From Clostridia bacterium (GTDB taxonomy: Bacteria > Bacillota > Clostridia > Christensenellales > CAG-138), in NCBI GenBank assembly GCA_017393775.1, contig JAFOQN010000064.1:1-35718 (forward strand): a stretch of DNA of 35,718 nucleotides, written 5' to 3'. Below the pieces are notes generated by a model. It ran no database searches, was not told where the DNA came from, and saw only the letters and a program-made list of their open reading frames with translations. Position numbers and translations under genes: made by a program. Every line of letters begins with the position of its first letter. Positions within the stretch are counted from its first letter, which is position 1. Of the stretch, positions 25,531 through 35,316 are shown in pieces.

Positions 25531-26254
25531 AAAGGTATCCTCTCGGCGTCACCATTTTTCCGTTGATGATCTTCGTCTGGGAATTGCCGATGAACACGGT
25601 GGAGAACATGTCGACCTCCGTGTCCCGCAGTTTTTCGAGCGTCAGAACCTGCGTTTCCTCGCCGTCTCTTCCGATATTCTTTGCAATGCCGCAAACCGTT
25701 TCGGGCGACGCGTATTGCAGCACGAGGTCGCACGCACGGGCAAGGTAATCGTGCCGTTTGTGGCTCGAAGGATTATAAAGGCAGATGACAAAATCCGCTT
25801 CCGCCGCCATAAGAAGCCGCTTTTCGATCTTCTCCCACGGGGTCAGGAGATCGCTTAGCGAAATCACTGCAAAGTCGTGCATCAAAGGCGCGCCCAGAAT
25901 CGCCGCGCCACTCAGCACCGCGGATACGCCCGGGATCGTTTCAAGCGCTACGCCCGGGTATTCGGAGAGAAGCTCCTCGCAAAGCCCGCTCATGCCGTAC
26001 ACGCCAGCGTCGCCGGAACACACCATGGCGACCGTTTTGCCCTCCGAAGCGATTGAAAGCGCGAGACGCACGCGATCAACCTCCTTGCGCATCGGCGTCG
26101 AGCGGTATTCCTTGCCCGGGAACTGTTCGCGGACCAAATCGATATAGACCGTATAGCCTACAATCACGTCGCTGTGTTCCAGCGCGTCCTTTGCGCGGAG
26201 CGTCATGCCGTCCGCGCCGCCGGGTCCGAGCCCGACTACATACAGCTTATTCAA
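25523..26254 (-). CDS. cbiH: Precorrin-3B C17-methyltransferase (CobJ/CbiH)
   Basis: LYVVGLGPG, SGDAGVYGM, DFAVISLSD, LYNP, TPRGY. TTG start at 26254 after AAGGAGG. Confidence 0.95.
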   Translation of the reverse strand: MNKLYVVGLGPGGADGMTLRAKDALEHSDVIVGYTVYIDLVREQFPGKEYRSTPMRKEVDRVRLALSIASEGKTVAMVCSGDAGVYGMSGLCEELLSEYPGVALETIPGVSAVLSGAAILGAPLMHDFAVISLSDLLTPWEKIEKRLLMAAEADFVICLYNPSSHKRHDYLARACDLVLQYASPETVCGIAKNIGRDGEETQVLTLEKLRDTEVDMFSTVFIGNSQTKIINGKMVTPRGYLYE

Positions 26255-27275
26255 ACGAGATCCCCTCCTTTGATTTTGCAAGTGCGAAGGTCATACCGTC
26301 CTCCGCGATCTTTTTGATAACAAGTTCCCCATCCGACGCCTTCACCGCCGCGCGCTCCGAAACGCAGTCCGTTCCGGTCGTTTCCTTCACAAACGCCGAA
26401 CCGGAAAACACGCCCGTCACCGCGTTCAGCTCATCCGCGGAGAAGGTTAAGAACGGCAGTCCGTTCGCCTCCGCAAACGCAAGAAGCGCCGGTTCGGCCT
26501 TCTTGAGATCGATGCTCGCAAGGCAAAGGACCTCATCGGGCGAAACGCCGGCTTTCATCAGCTCGCGCGAAAGAAACGCATCGAGCGCCTTTGCATCCTT
26601 GCCGCGCTTACAACCGACGCCGATCGCGAAGCGCTGCGGAACCAGCCGGAGTGTCTTTTCATACGGCGTTTTGTTTTCGCGCGAGACGCACACGCCGATC
26701 TGCGCTTCGCCGGTAACGAGTCCTTTCGGAAGCCTGCCGGAGACCGGCAGATCGGACGAGAATCCCACCGGCTCGCCCGCGAGAAGCGCTGCGGAAACCG
26801 CTTTTGCAAGTTCCATGTCGGTGATGAACAGATGATTGTTCATCGCAAACACGTCCACGGCGAACAGATCGTTGAGATCCGTCGCCGTTGTGATGACCGG
26901 CGTCGCCCCGAGCGCCGCCGCTAACATTTTGGCAAGCGCATTCGCCCCGCCGAGGTGCCCCGACAAAAGCGGAATCACAAACGTTCCCTTTTCATCGAGC
27001 ACCAATACCGCCGGATCGGTCTTCTTGTCCCGCACCCACGGCGCGATCGCGCGGACCGCAATGCCGGAGGCGCAGACGAAGATCAATGCATCGGCGCTTT
27101 GAAAGCCGTCCCCCGCCCATTGCGCGGCGGACACGAGCAGCGGCTCGTCGCCCGCGTTCAATAACTTCGGCATCGCAAAGCGGCGGCATGCATGCCCCGC
27201 GCCTTTCAGCGCATCAGAAACACGCTCGGCTGTCTTGCGTCCATGCGCGGTATAGGAAACAATCCAAACCTCCAT
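26247..27275 (-). CDS. cbiG: Cobalt-precorrin-5A hydrolase
   Basis: GIAVRAIAP, DKKTDPAV, SGHLGGAN, VITTATD, GVGCKRG, VSERAA. ATG 27275 after AAAGGAG. Confidence 0.93.
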   Translation of the reverse strand: MEVWIVSYTAHGRKTAERVSDALKGAGHACRRFAMPKLLNAGDEPLLVSAAQWAGDGFQSADALIFVCASGIAVRAIAPWVRDKKTDPAVLVLDEKGTFVIPLLSGHLGGANALAKMLAAALGATPVITTATDLNDLFAVDVFAMNNHLFITDMELAKAVSAALLAGEPVGFSSDLPVSGRLPKGLVTGEAQIGVCVSRENKTPYEKTLRLVPQRFAIGVGCKRGKDAKALDAFLSRELMKAGVSPDEVLCLASIDLKKAEPALLAFAEANGLPFLTFSADELNAVTGVFSGSAFVKETTGTDCVSERAAVKASDGELVIKKIAEDGMTFALAKSKEGISFE

Positions 27276-27296
27276 TGGTCTGCTCCTTTCGTAAAC

Positions 27297-27362
27297 CCTG
27301 TCATCCTGAGGAACACCGTGACGAAGGATCTTTGGATTCTTCGCTTCGCTCAGGATGACGGG
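27297..27362. repeat. REP-like palindromic element (GTCATCCTGAG...CTCAGGATGAC)
   Basis: 11-bp perfect terminal inverted repeats at 27300-27310 and 27349-27359 with internal GCGAAGCGAAG...GATC. It fills the only sizeable intergenic gap in the cob operon. Confidence 0.8.
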
Positions 27363-27373
27363 ATGCATCTCTG

Positions 27374-28132
27374 TTACTCCTTCGCCGGTCGAAACTCGGT
27401 CGCAAACGTGGGATTGTAGAGTTCTGAGCGCGCGTAGCCGCTCTGTTTCACCGTGTCGCCCACGATGATGAGCGCGGTCTTTTTGACCTCGTTCGCCTTT
27501 GCGCATTGCGCAAGCGTACCGACCGTGCAGAGAAACGTCTTTTCATCCGGCCAGCTCGCCTTATAGACGATCGCAGCGGGCGTGTCCGGTTCATAACCGC
27601 CTGCGATCAGTTCCGCCTGCGTTTTTTCCAAAAGTCCGGTGCTTAAAAACAGCACCATCGTCGCCTTGTGCGCGGCAAACGCACGGACGCTTTCGCGCTC
27701 CGGCACGGGGGTTCTTCCCGCCATGCGCGTGATGACGACGCTCTGCGAGACGTTCGGCAGCGTGTATTCCATGTTGAGCGCTGCTGCCGCGCCGCAAAAC
27801 GAGCTGACGCCCGGGGTGTAATCGTATCGGATGCCCCGCTCTTCGAGCGCGTCCATCTGTTCGCGGATCGCGCCGTACAGACACGGGTCGCCGGTATGCA
27901 GCCGCACGGTCATAAGTCCTTGCGCCTCCGCATCGTACATCACGGAAAGCACCTCTTCGAGCGTCATTTCCGCGCTGTTATAAACCTTGCATCCTTCCTT
28001 TTTGACTTCGAGCAGCGCGGGGTTCACCAGAGAACCCGCATAGATGATGACGTCGGCTTCCTGTAAAAGCTTCTGTCCGCGTACGGTAATGAGATCGGCT
28101 GCGCCGCATCCGGCGCCGACAAAACGGATCAT
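27374..28132 (-). CDS. cbiF: Precorrin-4 C11-methyltransferase (CobM/CbiF)
   Basis: FVGAG, YAGSLV, RLHTGDP, PGVSS, SQSVVITR. ATGA-coupled start at 28132. Confidence 0.95.
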   Translation of the reverse strand: MIRFVGAGCGAADLITVRGQKLLQEADVIIYAGSLVNPALLEVKKEGCKVYNSAEMTLEEVLSVMYDAEAQGLMTVRLHTGDPCLYGAIREQMDALEERGIRYDYTPGVSSFCGAAAALNMEYTLPNVSQSVVITRMAGRTPVPERESVRAFAAHKATMVLFLSTGLLEKTQAELIAGGYEPDTPAAIVYKASWPDEKTFLCTVGTLAQCAKANEVKKTALIIVGDTVKQSGYARSELYNPTFATEFRPAKE

Positions 28133-28809
28133 ACTTCCTCCTTTACAACGGTGACAAGATAATAGCCTGCATCCTTCGGAATGTCGGAAGCCGCGCGATA
28201 CACGCGCTCGTCTTCCGTGCCGCAGTTTTCGACCGCCTGCGCTTCCGCGCCGCGCGCTTCGATCGCGTCCAGAAGCGGACCGAGCTCGCCCTTCATAAAT
28301 ACCTTTGTGCCGGGATACAGGAGCGCATCCTTTGCATTTGCGCCGCCCGGCAGAATGTGCAGCGCTTCGCGGTCGGTGCACAGCGGCATTTTCAATGCCG
28401 CTGCAGCCGCGCAGAACGAGGTGACGCCGGGAACCCACTCGACCGAAAACCCCTTTTCCTGTACCCGTGCCGCAAGGTACGCGAACGTCGAATATACCGA
28501 TGGATCGCCGAGCGTGATAAACACGACGGTTTTGCCCGCTTCGAGCTCTGCCGCGATTGTTTCCGTGCCCGCTTCATACGCCGCTTCGCGTACTTTTGTG
28601 TCATGCGTCATCGGCATGTCGATGCAAAGCTTCGGCTTCTCGTTAATCTCCGGCGCCGCGCCGCGCGCGATCCGGTACACAAAACATTTTTCGGGATCCC
28701 GGTGCGGAATCGCAAGCACGTCGCAGGTTTGAATGAGCCGCGCCGCCTTCAGCGTCAGAAGCTCCGGATCGCCGGGCCCGACCCCGACGCCGTACAGGAT
28801 GCCGTTCAT
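28129..28809 (-). CDS. cbiL: Precorrin-2 C20-methyltransferase (CobI/CbiL)
   Basis: LYGVGVGPGDPELLTLKA, MPMT, LGDPSVYST, PGVTS. ATGA-coupled start at 28809. Confidence 0.95.
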   Translation of the reverse strand: MNGILYGVGVGPGDPELLTLKAARLIQTCDVLAIPHRDPEKCFVYRIARGAAPEINEKPKLCIDMPMTHDTKVREAAYEAGTETIAAELEAGKTVVFITLGDPSVYSTFAYLAARVQEKGFSVEWVPGVTSFCAAAAALKMPLCTDREALHILPGGANAKDALLYPGTKVFMKGELGPLLDAIEARGAEAQAVENCGTEDERVYRAASDIPKDAGYYLVTVVKEEV

Positions 28810-29948
28810 ATGCCTTCCTCCGTCCATGCCTTTGCCGTTTCGGTTTTGATGAGCTCGCGGCTCTTGCCGGTAAAGACGATCACGCCAAGTTTGATTGCGT
28901 CTTTGAACCGTCCCGAAAGGGAAAACTCGATGCGCGTTTTCAGTGCGTCCAACGTTGCCGAAAGCAGTTCTTTCTCTTCTAAGATGCGCAGCATTTCGTC
29001 CGTCGTGACGCAGTCCAGCAGACTGCGCGCCGTATCCGCGTCCGCGCCGGCGCGAAGCGCTGCAGCCGCCATCAGCTCTGCACGGCAGTCGCCCTCCTTC
29101 GAGTGGGTATTCATCATGCCGCCCGAAAGCTTGACAAATTTGCCGATGTGCCCGACAAGCAGCGCGTCGGAAAAGCCCGCTTCGATCGCCGCTTCGATCG
29201 CCTTGCCGATGTAGTTTGAGCATTTCACAATCCGCTCGTCCGGAATATGATACCGCTCGGCAAGAAAGTCCGCGCCGTAGTTGCCCGGCGTGAGGATCAG
29301 CCGCATGTCGCCGAGCGCTTTGCGCTGTTTGATTTCCAGCACGATGCTGTCCACAAGCGCATCCTCGCTCATCGGCTCAACGATGCCGCTTGTTCCTAAA
29401 ATCGAAATCCCGCCTTCGATGCCGAGCCGCGGATTGAACGTCTTTTCCGCAAGCGCGACGCCCTCCGGAATCGAGATCACGACCGAAAGTCCCTTCAAAG
29501 CGTTCAGCTCGTCCGCGACCTCTTCGACCGCATGCCGGATCATTTCGCGCGGGACCGGATTGATCGCGGCTTCGCCGATCGCCTGCTTCAACCCGGGTTT
29601 TGTGACCCGTCCGACGCCCAAGCCGCCGTCGATTGCAATCCCCGGCTTATCGGAAAACGTCACCTTCGCATAAACAAGCACACCGTCGGTCACGTCGGGA
29701 TCGTCTCCCGCATCCTTTCGGATCGCACAAGAAGCGAAGCCGTCTCCCCTGACCGGTTCCAGAACCGAAAGATCGAGATCGATCCCCTTCGGCGTATGAA
29801 TCGGAATTGTCTCCGGCGCCGTGCCGGATAGGAGCAGGATCGCCGCCGCCTTTGCCGCCGCCGCGGCGCAGGTGCCGGTTGTGTAGCCGAAGCGCAGGCA
29901 CTTTCCGTCCTTTTCGATAAAATGTTTTTCGATGCCGGTTTTACCCAT
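28806..29948 (-). CDS. cbiD: Cobalt-precorrin-5B C1-methyltransferase
   Basis: GYTTGTCAAAA, KDAGDDPDVT, AINPVPR, GGISILGTSGIVEPMS, GHIGK. Confidence 0.96.
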   Translation of the reverse strand: MGKTGIEKHFIEKDGKCLRFGYTTGTCAAAAAKAAAILLLSGTAPETIPIHTPKGIDLDLSVLEPVRGDGFASCAIRKDAGDDPDVTDGVLVYAKVTFSDKPGIAIDGGLGVGRVTKPGLKQAIGEAAINPVPREMIRHAVEEVADELNALKGLSVVISIPEGVALAEKTFNPRLGIEGGISILGTSGIVEPMSEDALVDSIVLEIKQRKALGDMRLILTPGNYGADFLAERYHIPDERIVKCSNYIGKAIEAAIEAGFSDALLVGHIGKFVKLSGGMMNTHSKEGDCRAELMAAAALRAGADADTARSLLDCVTTDEMLRILEEKELLSATLDALKTRIEFSLSGRFKDAIKLGVIVFTGKSRELIKTETAKAWTEEGI

Positions 29949-30990
29949 GCAGCACCTCCGAAATTGCCGCGATCAGTGCGGCGTTCTCCGCATGTCTGCG
30001 CACCGCGATCCGCACGTCGCCCTTCAAAAGCCCGCGGTAATTGCTGCAATCGCGGACCAGAATGCCGCGTTCGAGCAATGCTTCATACAGCTCCGGCACG
30101 CCGGAGAGCAACAAATAGTTTGCGTCGCCCGGATAAACCTCGATGCCGAGCGCGGTAAGCATCCGCATCAGATACGGCTTTTCTTCTGCGAACAATGCGC
30201 GCGCCTGCTTCGCCCGATCCGGACAGTCCAGTGCGGCAAGTCCGGCGTATTGCGCCACGGTCGAGACGTTCCACGGCTGAACCGTTTCGGACATCTTGAA
30301 AAGCAACCCGCGGTTTTTCGAGATTGCATAGCCCAGCCGCACACCCGCCATGCCGTAGGTCTTTGTAAAGGCGCGCAGAATCAGCACGCGGTCGTATTCC
30401 CGCATGTGCCCGATGAGCGAAAACGCCCGGTCTTCGTCGGTCAAATCCTGAAAGCACTCGTCCAGAAACAGCCATGTGCCGGTCTCTCTGCACCGGTCGA
30501 GGACGCGTAAAAGCAATGCGGGCTCAATGCTTCGCCCCGTCGGATTGTTCGGTGAGCAGAGCATCAGAACGTCCGTTCGCTCCGTAATCGCGTGAAGGAT
30601 ATCCTCTGAAAGTGCAAAGCCGTTCTCCCGGCGGAGCGGATAAAAGGTCGGTTCGACGCCGACGGAGCGAAGCGCGGTCTCGTATTCCGCAAACGACGGC
30701 ACCGGCAGCAGCGCGGTTTTCGGCTTCAGCGCCGAAATAAACGAAAAAATCAGCTCCGCCGCACCGTTGCCGCAGAGAATATCATCGGTCGAAACGTCGT
30801 GCAGCGCACCAAGGCGCTCGCGCAGGCGCAGGCAGTACGGGTCGGGATAGCGGTCGACTTCTTCCGCCGCGGCGCGGATCGCCGCTTTGACGGGTTCGGG
30901 CGTACCGAACGGATTCACGTTCGCCGAAAAGTCGAGCGTCACACGTTTTTTATAGATATCGCCGCCGTGGACGTAATTCCCTAAGATCAT
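29941..30990 (-). CDS. cobD: L-threonine-O-3-phosphate decarboxylase (PLP class I/II aminotransferase fold)
   Basis: HGGD, DFSANVNP, GNGAAELI, PNNPTG, DECF, AFTK..G.RLGY, within the cob operon. Confidence 0.88.
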   Translation of the reverse strand: MILGNYVHGGDIYKKRVTLDFSANVNPFGTPEPVKAAIRAAAEEVDRYPDPYCLRLRERLGALHDVSTDDILCGNGAAELIFSFISALKPKTALLPVPSFAEYETALRSVGVEPTFYPLRRENGFALSEDILHAITERTDVLMLCSPNNPTGRSIEPALLLRVLDRCRETGTWLFLDECFQDLTDEDRAFSLIGHMREYDRVLILRAFTKTYGMAGVRLGYAISKNRGLLFKMSETVQPWNVSTVAQYAGLAALDCPDRAKQARALFAEEKPYLMRMLTALGIEVYPGDANYLLLSGVPELYEALLERGILVRDCSNYRGLLKGDVRIAVRRHAENAALIAAISEVLHG

Positions 30991-31976
30991 AGTCCGAACC
31001 CTCCCGAAAACGCAAGCGGCAGAAGGACCGCTTCAAAGAGTACAAGCAGCAGAATGCTCGCGCCGTACATCAGCGCATTGGTGCGCGCAACGTCCTTCCG
31101 CTCGATCGGGCGGTCATTCTCGCCGAGCGTCGGCTTCTCGACCCGTTTTCCGAAATAGCTTGCGGGTCCCGCAAGCTCGATGTGCAGCGCGCCCGCCGCA
31201 ACCGATTCGGTCTGCGCGGAGTTCGGGCTCGCGTGCTTTCTTCTGTCGCGCTTCCAAATCCGGAATGCGTTTCTGCCGTCAAGCTTCAGAAGCGGCGCAA
31301 CGGCGATCATGGCAAACGCACTCATCCTTGCCGGTATGAAATTTGCCGCGTCGTCGAGCTTTGCCGCGGCGCGTCCGAAAAAGAGATAGCGGTCGTTTTT
31401 GTAGCCGACCATCGAGTCCATCGTGTTGATCGCCTTATAGAAAAACCCGCCGACCGCGCCGAACAGGAGCATATACAGCATCGGTGCGATCACGCCGTCC
31501 GAGGCGTTTTCCGCCACGGTTTCAACCGTCGCTTTTAAGACCTGCTCTTCGGACAGATGCTCCGTGTCGCGTCCGACGAGCATGCTCACCTGCTTCCGTC
31601 CCGCTTCGATTCCGTCCGTTTCGAGCGCCTTTGTGACCTTGTTCGCCTCTTTCGCAAGACATCTTGCCGCGAAGCACTGCCAGCACATGATGCTGCTCAT
31701 CGCAAAATACGCCCACGGAGAAAGCAAATAAAGTCCGAACAGAATGCCGAAGCTCACGCCCGCGGAAAGCAACGGAACAAGGATCGCCATGATCAGACCT
31801 GCGCTGAATGCGCCGCGATCGGTTTTCGGGAACAGCTTTCGCAATGCCTTTTCGCTGAGCGAAATCAGCTTTCCGATCAGCACCACGGGATGCAAAAGCC
31901 ATGCAGGGTCGCCGATCGCGCAGTCGATCAGAAAGCCGAGAAGAACGGATAAGAGGGTCAACAGCCAAAGGGTCAT
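30987..31976 (-). CDS. cbiB: Adenosylcobinamide-phosphate synthase
   Basis: GDP..LHPV, VGRDT, ETVAENASDG, YKAINTMDSMVGY, HASPNS. Confidence 0.95.
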   Translation of the reverse strand: MTLWLLTLLSVLLGFLIDCAIGDPAWLLHPVVLIGKLISLSEKALRKLFPKTDRGAFSAGLIMAILVPLLSAGVSFGILFGLYLLSPWAYFAMSSIMCWQCFAARCLAKEANKVTKALETDGIEAGRKQVSMLVGRDTEHLSEEQVLKATVETVAENASDGVIAPMLYMLLFGAVGGFFYKAINTMDSMVGYKNDRYLFFGRAAAKLDDAANFIPARMSAFAMIAVAPLLKLDGRNAFRIWKRDRRKHASPNSAQTESVAAGALHIELAGPASYFGKRVEKPTLGENDRPIERKDVARTNALMYGASILLLVLFEAVLLPLAFSGGFGL

Positions 31977-33103
31977 GATTCAGCCCCCTTTACGATTGCA
32001 TCGGCATCGGTCAAAATGCCCGCTGTCTTTGCCGCGTCGAACAGTCTTTCATTCGCAGCGTTGGTTTCGCCGAACACCGGTACAGTGCGGATCACCCTGC
32101 CGATCGAGCGTATGCGTTCCAGCGCGCGTTCTTCCGTCGCCTCGTCGATTTTCGAGAACGCCGGAACGGACAGCAGCTCTGCGGAAAGCGCCTTTGCAAC
32201 CGGATAATCGAGATCGCTTTCCGGTAAAATGCCTGCCGCAAACGGAACGCCCGCCCGCTGCAGTGCGCGATATGTTGGAATGCCGGAACCGCCGCCGCCG
32301 ATCACAAACACCTGCGGCGCACCTGAAACGGCGGAAAGCTCAAGGCTTCCGAACAGCGCGTTGAAGCTGCCGTTTTCAATGCCGTACAGCGCGGATATGT
32401 ATGCGTCTGAAAAGATGTTCTCCGGCGTATCGCAGCGGTCGATGCGATTGTGCGCCACGCACACGACGCGGTCCGAGATCTTTTCGGCAAGGTCGAGCTC
32501 GTGCAGCGAAGCGATGACCGCGACGTTGTTTTTGCGCACCATGGTTTTCAGAATATCCAAAAGCTCTAACTTATGCTTCACGTCAAGGAACGACGTCGGC
32601 TCGTCGAGCACGATGATCTCCGGCTGCTGCGCGATCGCGCGGGCAAGCAGGATCCGCTGACGCTGTCCGTCGGAGATCGCAGAAAACGGCCGGTCCGCAA
32701 AGTCGCTCGCATGCACCGTTTCGATCGCCGCATCAACGATCGCGCGGTCCTCCTTTGAAAGAATGCCGAGCCGTCCGGTATACGGGTAACGACCCGTCGC
32801 CGCGATGTCCCAACAGGTCATGAGTTCGCCCCTGATGCGTTCGGTCATCACGATCGCAAGCTTTTTTGCGACGTCGCGTTCGCGTAAGACCGCCATGTCG
32901 CGTCCGTCGAGCACGACGGTACCCGCGATCAGCCGAAGCTGTTTGATCATGCTTTTCAGGATCGTGGATTTACCGGAGCCGTTCGGACCGATCAGCGTTA
33001 AAATCTCACCGCGGCGCACACCGATTCCGATGTTTTCGATCAAGGGCTTGCCGTCGTAACCGACGGTCATCTGTTCGGTGTAGATATAATACGTCTGATT
33101 CAT
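31973..33103 (-). CDS. Fe/cobalamin-type ABC transporter ATP-binding protein with C-terminal extension
   Basis: GPNGSGKST, ISDGQRQR, LDEPT, SLHEL. ATGA-coupled start at 33103. Confidence 0.92.
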   Translation of the reverse strand: MNQTYYIYTEQMTVGYDGKPLIENIGIGVRRGEILTLIGPNGSGKSTILKSMIKQLRLIAGTVVLDGRDMAVLRERDVAKKLAIVMTERIRGELMTCWDIAATGRYPYTGRLGILSKEDRAIVDAAIETVHASDFADRPFSAISDGQRQRILLARAIAQQPEIIVLDEPTSFLDVKHKLELLDILKTMVRKNNVAVIASLHELDLAEKISDRVVCVAHNRIDRCDTPENIFSDAYISALYGIENGSFNALFGSLELSAVSGAPQVFVIGGGGSGIPTYRALQRAGVPFAAGILPESDLDYPVAKALSAELLSVPAFSKIDEATEERALERIRSIGRVIRTVPVFGETNAANERLFDAAKTAGILTDADAIVKGAES

Positions 33104-34143
33104 CGGCCGCCCTCCTTCTGCCTTCTGAGCATGACAAGGATGACGATCGGCGCGCCGAATACCGCGGTCACCGAACTGATCGAAAGCTCGTTCGGCGCAA
33201 ACGCCGTCCGCGCGATCAAATCGCAGAAGAGGCAGAATACCGCGCCGCCCAAAAAACATGCGGGGATCATGATGATCGGTTTTGCAGTCTTGAACAGCCT
33301 TCGCATGAGATGCGGCACCGCCACGCCGACAAAGCTGATCGGTCCCGCAAACGCGGTCACGCACGCGGAAAGGACGCCGCTCAGCAAAATCAGCGCGATC
33401 CGGAACAGCCGTATATTGACGCCCATATTCTGCGCATACGTTTCGCCGAGCTGATACGCGCCGATCGGCTTGCTTAACAGGAAAGTACAGACGAGCGCAG
33501 GCAGCACGACCGCCGCAATGACGATCACGTTGTCCCACTTGATGCTTGCAAAGCTGCCCATCGCCCAGTCGTGAAGCTTCACGATGTTCGAATCGTCGGC
33601 AAACCGGATCACAAACTCCGTGATCGCCGAGCAGATATAGCCGATCATAACGCCGCAGATGATGAGCATCGACATGCGCCTGACCTTATAGGAGATCGCA
33701 AGCACGAAGCCCATCGAAAGCATCGCGCCGACGAATGAGGCGACGATCAGCGTCACCGAGCCGACGGCGATCCCGCGGCTTAAAAAGCCGATCATCGTTA
33801 CCGACAGCACAAGCTTCGCCCCGGACGAGATGCCGAGAATGAACGGACCCGCGATCGGGTTGTTGAAGAATGTCTGCAGAAGAAAACCGGACAAAGCAAG
33901 CGCGCCGCCCAAAAGAATCGCGGGAATGATGCGTACCATGCGCACGTCCATCACGATCACGCGGTGCGGACTTTCGGGATGCAAAAGCCCGTCGAACACC
34001 TCGGAAAGCGATACGGTCGTGCTGCCCGCTGCGATGTTCCAGAATGCAAAGCCACATAAAGCGACAAACAGCAGCGCAAAGCCGATCCATAGCCTTGCCT
34101 GCTGCGTATGCTGTCTGTTCTGTTCAGATCCACCGGTCCGCAT
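33100..34143 (-). CDS. FecCD/BtuC-family ABC permease
   Basis: SGFLLQTFFNNPIAGPFILGISSGA, LGETYAQNMG, GPISFVG..VPH. Confidence 0.93.
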   Translation of the reverse strand: MRTGGSEQNRQHTQQARLWIGFALLFVALCGFAFWNIAAGSTTVSLSEVFDGLLHPESPHRVIVMDVRMVRIIPAILLGGALALSGFLLQTFFNNPIAGPFILGISSGAKLVLSVTMIGFLSRGIAVGSVTLIVASFVGAMLSMGFVLAISYKVRRMSMLIICGVMIGYICSAITEFVIRFADDSNIVKLHDWAMGSFASIKWDNVIVIAAVVLPALVCTFLLSKPIGAYQLGETYAQNMGVNIRLFRIALILLSGVLSACVTAFAGPISFVGVAVPHLMRRLFKTAKPIIMIPACFLGGAVFCLFCDLIARTAFAPNELSISSVTAVFGAPIVILVMLRRQKEGGR

Positions 34144-34158
34144 CAAGAATGTCCTCCG

Positions 34159-35316
34159 TCAGTTGACCTTATGTAAATATACGAGCGCATCGGTCCCATC
34201 GCCCGACAGCACCCGGTAAAAGTCCGCAATGAGCTTGCCGATCCCCATCGGTTCCTGAAACAGGTTCTTGCCCGTGCACCACACGTCGCCGTTTTTGACC
34301 GCTTTAAACTCGGAAAACAGCGGGCTTTTGTCGAGCAATTCCGCGATCGAATAGATCTCGCCGTCGATCGTGCTGTTGTAAATCAGAATATCGGCGTCCT
34401 TCGCGCCGGTATAAAAGCTTTCCATCGTCATATTCACGGTGGAAAGCGCGCTGCCGTTCGAAAGATCGGAAAACGCATACGCACCGCCCGCGGTCTCGAT
34501 CATCTTCACAACGTAATCGCCGCTCTTGCGCACATTGACGCTGCCGGAGCCGGTGACATAGAAAAATGCAACGGTCTTCCCGGTTTTCGGCATGTCGCCG
34601 ATCGCTTTGACCGCTTCGACCTCCGCTTCAAACGCAGCTTCTGCTTCCGCTTCCTTCCCGAGGATCGTGCCGTAAACCTTGATCCACTCCATGCGTCCCA
34701 GCGGATCCTGTTCGTAACTGCTGCGCTCGATCAGAACCGGGATCCCGTAACCGATGAGCTTTTCGGAAATCGCGGGCGAATGATAGATCATCGTCGATTC
34801 GATCGCGAGATCGCAGTGCTCCTTTAGGATGAGCTCGAAATCCGGCGCGCTGTATTTGCCGGCAAACAGCATGTCGCCGCGTTCCATCGCATCCGCTGCG
34901 TCTTCGATCGACCAGCCGTCCGCCTTCGTACCGGAAAGCCGCACTGCGGATATGCCGTCCAGCGCGCGGAAAAAGTCCATCGCACTCGTTGCCGCAAGAT
35001 AGATCCGGTCAACCGGACGGTACAGGACCGCAATGTCATCAGGCAATCCCGCAGGCTTTCCCATGCCCTCCGGAACCAGGAGCAGTTTTCCGGTCGCGGG
35101 GATCTCGAGAAGCGTGTAGCCGTCCGTATAATGCACGATTTTAAACTCGGTCGCATAGCGCACCGGCGTCTCTCCGATCGGGGATAACGCGCTCCAGGCG
35201 GGACCTGCGGGACGGTCTGCGTCCGCCGTTTTCGCGGTACCGCAGGCAGCACAGAAAACGCAAAAAGCAGCGCACAGAATCCAAGCGCCGATCCGTTTTG
35301 CAATCCGCACGCTCAT
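34159..35316 (-). CDS. Fe/B12-type ABC substrate-binding lipoprotein
   Basis: Lipobox CAAC, GKYSAPDFE, SSYEQDPLGRMEWIK, FKAVKNGDVW. Confidence 0.9.
   Translation of the reverse strand: MSVRIAKRIGAWILCAAFCVFCAACGTAKTADADRPAGPAWSALSPIGETPVRYATEFKIVHYTDGYTLLEIPATGKLLLVPEGMGKPAGLPDDIAVLYRPVDRIYLAATSAMDFFRALDGISAVRLSGTKADGWSIEDAADAMERGDMLFAGKYSAPDFELILKEHCDLAIESTMIYHSPAISEKLIGYGIPVLIERSSYEQDPLGRMEWIKVYGTILGKEAEAEAAFEAEVEAVKAIGDMPKTGKTVAFFYVTGSGSVNVRKSGDYVVKMIETAGGAYAFSDLSNGSALSTVNMTMESFYTGAKDADILIYNSTIDGEIYSIAELLDKSPLFSEFKAVKNGDVWCTGKNLFQEPMGIGKLIADFYRVLSGDGTDALVYLHKVN

Noticed and set aside
26247-33538. Long N-terminal extensions in the ORF track for cbiG, cbiF, cbiL and the ATPase (also ZIP and gpx)
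   Set aside because: They overlap upstream genes. Internal starts with an SD or ATGA coupling match the family N-termini.
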